Source: Squalus acanthias
Taxonomy: Eukaryota
Direction: 5' to 3'
Length of the DNA stretch: 64,000 bases
Assembly: GCA_030390025.1 (NCBI GenBank)
Contig: JASTWF010000155.1
Location: forward strand, 434,001-498,000
This document shows, piece after piece, positions 47,730-58,359 of the stretch. Within the stretch, counting starts at the first letter, position 1, and each line of letters begins with the position of its first letter. The notes under the pieces were generated by a model that was not told where the DNA came from, searched no databases, and was given only the letters and a program-made list of their open reading frames with translations. Made by a program: the position numbers and the translations under genes.

Positions 47730-47970
47730 CATTCATCTGTTTGTTCAATGGCTGTAACTGATATAAATGGTGATGTCAGCTAACATGTTTGTTCAATGAC
47801 TGTAACTGATATAAATGGTGATGTCACCTAACATGTTTGTTCAATGGCTGTAACTAACATTAATGGTGATGTCTCCTAACATGTTTGTTCAATGACTGTA
47901 ACTAACATTAATGGTGATGTAATCTAATTGTGTCTCTGGAGGTTTAACATTAGGTATAATAAGGGATCCT
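47730..47970 (+). promoter_or_regulatory. Promoter of GPCR gene 2 with a 4x 48-bp tandem amplification
   Basis: Unit TGTTTGTTCAATG(G/A)CTGTAACT..AATGGTGATGT..CTAACA x4 (47738-47929), TATAAT at ~47955. Confidence 0.7.
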
Positions 47971-48030
47971 TTGAAAGTCGAACAGAGCGCGTGTGGGATC
48001 CCGAACAGACATCGCTGTTTCTCACAGAAA

Positions 48031-51000
48031 ATGCACGCCCCGCCCAGAGGCCTAGCATATGCCATTTACTACACTGCCCTTGCAGCTATCGCTGTGCCAG
48101 GTAAAGTATTGCAGCAAGTTATTGATTGTAACAAGCGTCAGTTATCTGGATCGTCTCAGTAACTTGTTATTGGCCACACTTTGTGCAATGTGTCGTCCCC
48201 CCCCCCCCCCGGAGTCGCCTGTACAGCGGGATCGGTTCGACCGATGTTACACATTGAAGGGCCGTTTTTCAGTGCGACAGTGGATGACAATTATCTTCAA
48301 GTGTTGATGCCGGTTGTTTACTTTCATGATTGTCCTCGGCCTGTATAATGGTGCAGAGTGAAATAAGGCGACCCGAACACCCACCTCGAAATAACACTTC
48401 CAAATGTGTCTCCATGTTCTCCAACCACCGCGCTGTGAGGAGCGGGGGAACTACCCAACAGCACCCGCCTTGCTCCCGTTTAACTCTTTCTGGACGATTG
48501 TGGATAGATGGAGACAATGTACCTACAAAAATATCTCTGTTTTTCTAAACTGAATTACATGTACCTATAACAATTGCGTTGAAATCAAGTCTAATAACAT
48601 TTCACCTCCCTCAGTTCCAGGGATCCAAGTTCTGTTCCCACCTGGCGCGACTCCGAGCAACCCGTTGCAGCTGGGTGTGACTGGGAAACGTCACCAAGTG
48701 ATTGCTTTAAATGACAATCTGTTATTGCACATTATATCACTGCAGTGCACAAGCAGGCTAGATACCAGCATCACACTGCGAAACCGTGTTCAGACATTTT
48801 TATCACGTTATTCATATTTTATTTCAGTGGTGTTATCACATTACTGTCATTGATGAATCTGTCTGATTTGTCTTCCCTTTTCTCCTGCGGATTGGCTCAA
48901 GCTGGGTTGCGGTAGTGAGGGCGCTCTCAGCCCCCAGGTGCCCTTGGCGTTCTATATATTTTAGTTATTTACAGTGTCATTCTTCAGTCGCTGTCACGTC
49001 TTTAATCTGTACATCGGGTGTGAGACAAACATTGAACTTCAACAGGTGTCCTATTGTACAAAAATACAGAAACGGTTCAAAGCCAACCCCACCACTGAAC
49101 TGAAGAGCCCCAGATCATATGGGCGGATGATGAGGACAGCGAAAGTGGTCTTCTGACCGTCTCAGAACTGAACACCCCGTGAGAAAACAAAGGGGCATCA
49201 ATTGATAGGATGCCTGCAGCAATTAAATTAAATTAATTTTAAACTCGCGCTAATTTTCTGCAATTCGAATTGGTCTGCATAGATATGCAAATAATTGATG
49301 ACTGCTTTCAAGATGGACATGCATTTATATCGTCACTTTCACGACCTCAGGACGTCAAAACGCGTTTTACAGTAAATGAAGTACTTTTGAAATGTAGTCA
49401 CTGTTGTAATGTGGGTAACGTGGCAGCCAATTTACACACAGCAAGCTCCCACAAACAGCAATGTGATAACGACCAGATAATCTGTTTTAGTGATGTTGGA
49501 CTGGACTGGTTGAGCCGAATGGCCGGTTTCTGCGCCGTATATCCTACGTGATTGAGGGATAAATATTGGCCAGGACACCGGGGATAATTCCCCTGCTTTT
49601 CGTCGAAATAGTGCCACGGGATCTTTTAAGTCCATCTGAGAGAGCAGACGGGGCCTCGGTTTAACGTCTCACCCGATGAATGTACTGAATCTGTGAATGA
49701 TTGACTGTTGATTAATAATGAACAGGTTAACCATTTGTTGACCAATGCAGCATTCATCATTCCAACATGTCAATTAGTTGCTGAGATGATATAATGATTT
49801 GTTTGAACGAATCGACTTATTGAAGGTAAGCTAAAGGCCAACAATTCGAAATCTTGAAATAAGTGACTAGTTTATCAATAAACCTTATTCCGGGAACACG
49901 TTAATCCCTGGTTTCTGTCCCGTTTTATAACCCCGACCATTGGTTCGATCCTTCACTGGACTTCCTCACTCGCTGCTCCTGACATCTTTCCTACAAACGC
50001 TGCTCTGTCCCTCCACAGGCAGGTTCGGGTTATTTTAATTATCATTGCACAGTCCACTCTCTTAATCCATTTGAAACGTATACAATTGTTTGAATGGATT
50101 TTGTTTCCTTATGGATCCCCATTATAAATGCAAATTATTAACTTTCATCCAACCGAGATCTCCGGTCTGTCCCACTTCCACTTTGGATTATTACACGGTT
50201 TTCATCGCTTCAAGTAACAAAGCTGCGAACTTTGCATAATTCCGATCAACCTAACACTTTTAAAGGAGTTTACACTAATTCTTTATCTTTCTCTCAACTT
50301 CTTACAGTTAATTTAGTGGCGATTGTGATCCTGTGCCGGGGAAGGTGCGGTCTATCCAGATGTATCACTCGGTACCTGGTGTCCATGGTGACGATTGTGA
50401 TCCTGTCCCGGGGAAGGTGCGGTCTCTCCAGATGTATCACTCGGTACCTGGTGTCCATGGTGACGATTGTGATCCTGTCCCGAGGAAGGTGTGGTCTCTC
50501 CAGATGTATCACTCGGTACCTGGTGTCCATGGTGACGATTGTGATCCTGTCCCGGGGAAGGTGCGGTCTCTCCAGATGTATCACTCGGTACCTGGTGTCC
50601 ATGGTGACGATTGTGATCCTGTCCCGGGGAAGGTGCGGTTTCTCCAGATGTATCACTCGGTACCTGGTGTCCATGGTGACGATTGTGATCCTGTCCCGGG
50701 GAAGGTGCGGTCTCTCCAGATGTATCACTCGGTACCTGGTGTCCATGGCGGTGACGGATCTCCTGGTCATTTTCACCGCTGTGATATTAAACCGGATTCC
50801 GGGTATTTATTTTCCAGGTAGTTTCCTGTCCATCACCCCGGTGTGCAGTCTCAGCATTGCGTTAATTTATGCCGCTAGAGACAGTTCGGTCTGGTCAACG
50901 GTCGCTTTCACCTTCGATCAATTTGTGGCCATTTGTTGCCAGAAGCTGAAAACAAAATCTGCGCCGAGGAAACGGCGGCTGTTGTTATAGGAACGGTCTG

Positions 51001-51571
51001 TGCGCTGGGATGTCTGAAAAGCGTTCCCTGGTACTTTATACACGAGCCCATGTTCACAATCAACAATGTCCCGTGGTATTGCAGACTGAAGGAAATCCGT
51101 TATACCTCACCCGTGTGGACAGCGTTTGACTGGTTCGAACGTATTTTAACCCCAATTGCCCCGTTCCTTCTGATGTTACTGTTCAATGCTCTGACAGTCA
51201 GACACATTCTAGCGGCTATTAGAGCCCGCAGCAGACACCGGGCCCACAGCAATGGAGAGAATCAGAGTGACCCAGAGATGGAGAGCCGGAGAAAGTCCAT
51301 CGTTTTACTCTTCGCCATCTCGGGCACTTTCATCCTGTTGTGGATGACGTTTGTTGTACAGTTCTTTTATGAGCGATTTACAAACGATTATATAATGAAA
51401 GGCTTCAGTGACCCCAAATTTATTCTACAAGAAAGCGGAAATATGTTTCAGCTGTTGAGTTCTTGCACCAACACCTTTATTTATGCAGTGACTCAGAGTA
51501 AGTTCAGAGTGGATTTAAAGAACGCGGTCACATATCCACTGAATGTACTCGGTGAATTAATAAAACAATGA
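48031..51571 (+). pseudogene. GPR139-like class A GPCR gene 2 (exon 1 48031-48100, exon 2 50308-51571); internal 6x repeat and a frameshift near 50958
   Basis: Exon 1 MHAPPRGLAYAIYYTALAAIAVP G|gtaaag; acceptor cttacag|; 7TM motifs as in gene 1 (FDQF in place of FDRF); AAATCTGC versus AAATATTGC shifts frame; AATAAA at 51666. Confidence 0.87.
50317..50748 (+). repeat. 72-bp in-frame coding tandem repeat, 6 copies
   Basis: (VTIVILSRGRCGLSRCITRYLVSM)x6, nearly identical at DNA level. Confidence 0.95.
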
Positions 51572-51703
51572 AAGTATAAACCGCAGGTTTAATTGTGCAT
51601 TATGAGAATTGTCCATGGACTGCTTCAGAGTTTGGGAAACAATGTTATTGATTTGAGGTGAATACAATAAATCTGTACGTTTGTGGGCTGGCATCAGATA
51701 AAA

Positions 51704-53455
51704 TAAGAACATAAGAAACAGGAGTAGGCCAATTGGCCTTTCGAGCCTGCTCCGCCATTCAATAAGATCATGTCTGATCCAATCCTGGCCTCAACACCAC
51801 TTTCGCGCTCTCTCCCCATACCGCTTGAATCCCTTGTACTTCAAAAGTCTGTCAATCTCCGCCTTAGATATATTCAATGACTCCGCCTCCACTGCTCTCT
51901 GGGGTAGAGAATTCCAAAAATTCACGACCCTCTGAGAGAAGAAATTGCTCTTCGTCTTCGTCTTAAAGGGGCGACCCCTTATTCTGAAACTGTGCCCCCT
52001 CGTTCTAGATACCCCCACTAGGGGAAACATCCTCTCAGCATCCACCCTGTCCATCCTCCACAGAATCTTATATGTTTCAATAAGATCAGCTCTCATTCTT
52101 CTAAACTCCAATGAGTATCGGCCCAACCTGCTCAACCTTTCGTCATACGTCAACCCCTTCATCCCAGGAACCAACCCAGTGAAACTTCTCTGTACTGCCT
52201 CCAATGCAAGTATATCCTTCCTTAAATATGGAGACCAGTACTCCAGGTGCGGTCTCACCAGAGCCCTGTAAAGTTGCATCAAAACTTCCCTACTTTTATA
52301 CTCCATTCCCCGTGCAACACAGACCAACATTCCATTAGCCATCCTAATTACATGCTGCACCTGCAAGCTAACTTTTTGTGTTTCATGTGTTAGGACCCCC
52401 AGATCCCTTTGTACCGCAGCATTTTGTAGTCTCACTACATTTAAATAATAATTTGCTTTTTCATGTTTCCTTCCAAAGTGGATTACCTCACATTTACCCA
52501 CATTATAGTCCATCTGCCAAATGTTTACCCACTCATTTAACCTATTTATATCCCCTTGCAGACTCGTTGTGTCCTCCTCACAACTTGCTAACCCACCTAT
52601 CGTTGTATCATCAGCAAAATTGGCTACACTACACTCGGTCCCTTCATCCATGTCACTAATATAGATTGTAAATAGTTGAAGCCTCAACACTGATTAATGT
52701 GTCACCCCACTCGTTACTGATTGCCAACCGGAAAATTACCCATTTATCTCAACTCTCTGTTTTCTGTTAATTAGCCAATCCCCTATCCATGCCAATATAT
52801 TACCTCCAAATCGGTGCGCTCTTATCTTGTGCAGTAACCTTTTATGTGGCACCTTATCGAATGCCTTCTGGAAATCCAAATACACTACACCAACTAGTTC
52901 CCCTTTATCCACCCTGTTTGTTACATCCTCAAAGAACTCTAGCAAATTTGTCAGACACGATTTCCCTTTCATAAAACCATGTTGACTCTGCTTGATTGCC
53001 TTATGATTTACTAAATGTCCTGCTATTATCTCCTTAAAATGGAATACAGCATTTTCCCAATGACAGATGTTAAGCTAACTGGCCTATAGTTTCCTGCTTT
53101 CTGCATCCCTCCTTTCTTGAACAGTGGCGTTACATTTCCGGTTTTCCAATCCGCTGGGCCCTCTACAAAATCCAGGGAGCTTTGGTAGATTACAACCAAC
53201 GCATTCACTGTCTCTGCAGTCACTTCTTTTAATACCCTAGGATGCAAGCCATCCGGTCCAGGGGATTTGTCAGCCTTTAGCCCCATTAGTTTGCCGAGTA
53301 CTTTTTTCTCCAGTGATAGAGATTGTTATAAGTTCCTCCCTCCCTATAGCCCCTTGATTATCTATTATTATTGGGATGTTTTTAGTGTCTTCTACCGTGA
53401 AGGGCGATCCAAAATAATTGTTTAGAGACTCTGCCATTCATCTATTTCCCATTAG
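51704..53455 (-). mobile_element. CR1 LINE 3' fragment
   Basis: ORFs 51791-52690 (FADD), 52736-52972, 53026-53286; tail repeat. Confidence 0.88.
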
Positions 53456-53949
53456 AATAGACATAAAAACTGCTAGATTGTTGTAATGTGAGACAGAGAA
53501 GGGAACCTCCCACTCCTACCTGGTGTGGCCTACAAGTACTCCAGTCCTACACTAAACAGATGACTCTTCGTGTTGGCATGACCAATAGGGATGAACAGTA
53601 ATTGCTGATTTGGCAGTGTCACCCTAATTCCAAGTACAAATTTGTCAAAACATTTATACGTATAAAAAAATTAACAAGCAAAAAATTAGTGTAAATATGA
53701 GACTCACAAGCTGGCATAAAAGCGTAATCGTGGGCACCAAACCCACGGTTGAATGTGGCTGCTGATCTCACTGTATCAGAGACAAAAACCATCCCAATTT
53801 ACTGTCTTGTGACCTTACAGAACCAGTGACACAAACATTCCAATTTACTGACATCAGTAACTGCTCTTCAAAAAGGAGTTCATTGTCTGTAAAGCGCTTT
53901 GGGACGTCCGGTGATGCTCTAATTAAATGCAAGTCTTTCTTTCTTACAT

Positions 53950-54142
53950 TAAATTTAGTGGCGATTGTGATCCTGTCCCGGGGAAAGTGCGGTCTCTCCA
54001 GATGAATCACTCGGTATCTGGTGTCCATGGCGGTGACGGATCTCCTGGTCATTATCACCGCAGTGATATTAAACCGGATTCCTAGTATTTATTTTCCAGG
54101 TAGCTTCCTGTCCATTCCGCCCGTATGTAGTCTCAGCATTAC
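53950..54142 (+). pseudogene. Third GPR139-like fragment (5' part of exon 2)
   Basis: NLVAIVILSRGKCGLSR*ITRYLVSMAVTDLLVIITAVILNRIPSIYFPGSFLSI; stop codon, damaged acceptor (ttacat), truncated. Confidence 0.85.
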
Positions 54143-54229
54143 GTTGAATGGGGCTGTCGACCTGACCGTAACTGAGAAACAAACCATTCCAATTTACTGT
54201 CAGGTGACCTTCCTGTACCAGAGACACTA

Positions 54230-57210
54230 ACTTGGCAGGGGGATGGGATACGGAGTTGAGCTATAGTACGGGGTGATGCACTGCCAAATATAGTGGAAAA
54301 AACAAGTCAGCCTGGAAGGCAGAGCAAATATGTAACGGCAAGAGGGAGTATGGCAAGGCTGGCTGGCATTTATTTTAATGCAAGGAGTCTTGCGAGTGAG
54401 GCAGATGAATTGAAGGTGTTGATGAACACATGGGAGTATGATATTGTTGCTATCACAGAGACATGGTTGAGGGAGGGGCAAGACTGGCAGTTCAAAATTC
54501 CGGGGTATAGAATCTTCAGGCGAGACAGAGGGGGTTGTAAAAGAGGAGGGGGTGTCGCAATATTAATCAAGGAGTCAATTACTGCTGTAAGGAGGGATAA
54601 TATCTTAGCAGGTTCCTCTAATGAGGCCATATGGGTAGAACTTAAAAACAAAAGGGGGCAAGCACTTTGCTGGGAGTGTACTATAGGCCCCCAAACAGTC
54701 AGGGGGAGATAGAGGAACAGATATGTAGGCAAATCTCAGAGAAGTGTAGAAATAATAGGGTAATAATAGTAGGGGATTTCAACTTCCCCAATATTAACTG
54801 GGATAGTCAGAGTGTGAAAGGCTTAGAGGGAGAGGAATACTTAAAGTGCATCCAGCAGAGCTTTTTGAGCCAGCATGCAGAAAGTCCGACAAGAGAGGGG
54901 GTGGTACTGGACCTAATTCGAGGGAATGTAGCCGGGCAAGTGGTAGAAGTGTCAGTAGGAGAGCATTTTGGTGACAGTGACCATAATTCGGTGAGATTTA
55001 AGGTAGTCATGGAAAAGGAAAAAGATGGACCGGAAATAAAGGTTCTAAATTGGGGGAAGGCCGATTTTAACATGATAAGGCAGGATCTGGCCAAATTGGA
55101 CTGGGATCAGCTACTTGTTGGAAAATCCACATCAGAGCAGTGGGAGTCTTTCAGAAAGGAAATAGAGAGAGTACAACGCCAACATGTTCCCGTAAAGGTC
55201 AAGGGTGGGACCAACAAACCCAGGGAACCTTGGTTGGCAAGTGATATACAAGAATGGATTAGGAAAAAATGGGAGGCTTTTGGCAGATACAAAGGACTAA
55301 AAACAGTGGAAGCCCTATGAGGAGTATAGAAAGTGCAGGGGGTACTTAAAAAATAAATTAGGAGAGCGAAGAGCGGGCATGAAAAAACACTGGTGGGCAA
55401 AATAAAGGAAAATCCCAAGGTGTTTTATAAGTATATTAAGGGCAAGAGGATAACCAGGGAAAGAGTAGGGCCCATTAGGGAACAAAGTGGCAATCTGTGT
55501 GTAGAGCCAGAAGATGTAGGTGAGGTTTTAAATGAATATTTTGCATCTGTGCTCATTATGGAGAAGGACGATGTAGGCATAGAAATCAGGCAGGGGTATT
55601 GTGATATACTTGAACAAATTATTATTGAGAGGGAGGAGGTACTAGCGGTTTTAGCGGCATTAAAAGTGGATAAATCCCCAGGCCCAGACGAGATGTATCC
55701 CAGGCTGCTGTTAGAGGCAAGGGAGGAGATTGCAGGGTCTCTGACACAAATTTTCAGAACCTCTCTGGCCACAGGGGAGGTGCCTGAGGACTGGAGGATA
55801 GCGAACGTTGTACCATTATTCAAGAAGGGTAGTAGGGATAAATCAGGGAATTACAGGCCAGTGAGCCTAACATCAGTGGTAGGGAAATTATTGGAAAAAA
55901 TTCTGAGGGACAGAATTAGTCTCCACTTGGAGAGGCAAGGATTAATCAAGGATAGTCAGCATGGCTTTCTCAGGGGGAGATCATGTCTAACCAATTTGAT
56001 TGAATTTTTCGAGGGGGTGACTAGTTGTGTGGATGAGGGTAGTGCAGTTGATGGACTTCAGTAAGGCTTTTGACAAAGTCCCACATGGGAGACTGGTCAA
56101 CAATGTCAGAGCCCATGGGATCCAGAGCAATTTGGCAAATTGGATCCAAAATTGGCTTAGTGGCAGGAGGGAGAGAGTGATGGTCGAAGGTTGTTTTTGT
56201 GACTGGAAGCCTGTGTCCAGTGGTGTACCGCAGGGATCGGTGCTGGGTCCTTTGCTGTTTGTAGTGTACATTAATGATTTAGATATGAATGTAGGAGGTA
56301 TGATCAGTAAGTTCGCAGATGACAAGAAAGTTGGTGGAGTGTTAAATAGCGAGGAGGGAAGCCTTAGGCTACAGGATGATATAGACGGGTTGGTCAGATG
56401 GGCCGCACAGTGGCAAATGGAATTTAACCCTGAAAAGTGTGAGGTGATGCATTTTGGGAGGTCTAACAAGGCAAGGGAATACACAATGAATGGTAGGACC
56501 CGAGGAAGGACAGAGGATGAAAGGCACGTGCATGTACATAGATCCCTGAATGCAGCAGGACAGGTAGATAAGTTGGTTAAAAAGGCATATGGGATACCTG
56601 CCTTCATTAGCAGAGGCATAGAATATAAGAGCATGTACAAAACGCTAGTTAGGCCACAGCTGGAATACTGCGTGCAGTTATTGTCGCTACACTATAGGAA
56701 GGATATCATTGCATTGGAGAGGGTGCATAGGAGATTCACCAGGATGTTACCTGGGCTGGAGCGCTTCAGCTATGAAGAGAGACTGGACAGGCTGGGGTTG
56801 TTTTCCTTAGAGCAGAGAAGGCTAAGGGGGGACCTGATTGAGGTGTACAAAATTATGAGGGGCATAGATAGGGTAGATAGAAAGGAACTTCTCCGCATTG
56901 TAGAGGGGTTATTAACCAGGGGGCATAGTTTCAAGGTAAGGGGCAGGAGGTTTAGAGGGGATTTGAGGAAAAACTTTTTCACCCAGAGGGTGGTTGGAAT
57001 CTGGAACTCACTACCTGAAAGGGTGGTAGAGGCAGGAACCCTCACAACATTCAAGAATCATTTAGATGAGCACTTGAAACGACATAGCATACAAGGCTAT
57101 GGACCAAGTGCTGGAAAATGGGATTAGAATAGACAGGGCTTGATGGCCGGCGCGGACACGATGGGCCGAAGGGCCTCTTTCTGTGCTGTATAACTCTATG
57201 ACTGTGACTC
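54230..57210 (+). mobile_element. CR1 LINE with near-complete frameshifted ORF2
   Basis: YFNARSL, ITETWL, GDFNFP, SDHN, KSPGPD, GVPQGSVLGP, FADD; (CTATGA) tail. Confidence 0.92.
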
Positions 57211-57485
57211 TAATAGAGGAATAGCTGGTCAATGTATCTTTACCCGGCCCCAGGTGTTTGGTGAACGGGACAGAATGTCCGGGTAATAGAGGAATATCTG
57301 ATCAATGTATCTTTTCCCGGCCCCAGGTGTTTGGTGAACGGGACAGAATGTCCGGGTAATAGAGGAATATCTGATCAATGTATCTTTACCCGGCCCCAGG
57401 TGTTTGGTGAACGGGACAGAATGTCCGGGTAATAGAGGAATATCTGATCAATGTATCTTTACTCAGCATCAGGTTTTTGGTGAAA
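57211..57485. repeat. 73-bp tandem repeat (~3.7 copies; further partial copy 57882-57940)
   Basis: TAATAGAGG recurs at 57284, 57357, 57430. Confidence 0.9.
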
Positions 57486-57499
57486 GGGGGAGACTGTTA

Positions 57500-57870
57500 T
57501 GGGGGTGGTAACATAGTGGTAATGTTGCTGGGCTAGTAATCCCGAAGCCTGGACTTATGATCCGGAGAATTAGTTCAAATCCCACCACGGCAGCTGGGGA
57601 ACTTAAATTCTGGAGTTAAAAAAAAGCTAGTATCTGTAATGGTGACCTTCAAACTACTGGATTGTCGTAAAAAGCCATCTGGTTGACTGATGTCCTTTAG
57701 TAGAAGGAAATCTGCCATCTTTACCCCGTTTGGCCTAAATGAGACTCCAGACTGACAGCAATGTGGTTTACTATGAACTGCCCTTTGAAATGGCGGCTCG
57801 CCACCACCCTCTCAAGGGCAATTAGGGATGGGCAATAAATGTATCATATCCTGTGAATGAATGCATAAAA
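57500..57870 (+). mobile_element. tRNA-derived SINE
   Basis: A-box-like TGGTAACATAGTGG and B-box-like AGTTCAAATCC; reverse fragment at ~46520-46675. Confidence 0.6.
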
Positions 57871-58359
57871 ATATATCTGGCTAATGGAGGAACATCTGAT
57901 CCATGTATCTTTACCCGGCCCCAGGTGTTTGGTGAACGGAACATAAATCCAGGCACCGCAGTCCCAAGGAGTCATCTACAGTTTCATACTTTCATCCAAT
58001 TGGCTTATTCTTCTCATCGGTGCTACTGCACTGAGTCGGAGACGATGCCCCGGCCGCTTTGTGATCGGCGACAGACACTTGTTTTCCTGGTAAATACGGA
58101 GTAAATTCATTTTAGATGGGATTAATCTGCCCGTCAAACTTACCTTCGTGGACACTGCAGGGCGGCTGGCGGACGGTGAGCAATGATAGGAGAACATTGT
58201 GGGGACATTGAGTCTCCCCATTTCAAAGACCAACCTGCCCTCAAGAGGAACACCATTCTCAAGGGATACTTTCAGTGAGCTTTGTTGGTTCTATATGGGT
58301 TTCAGCATTAGACAATTACAATATGGTCTGCACAGCGTCATGGGTAAGTGAAGTGATGT

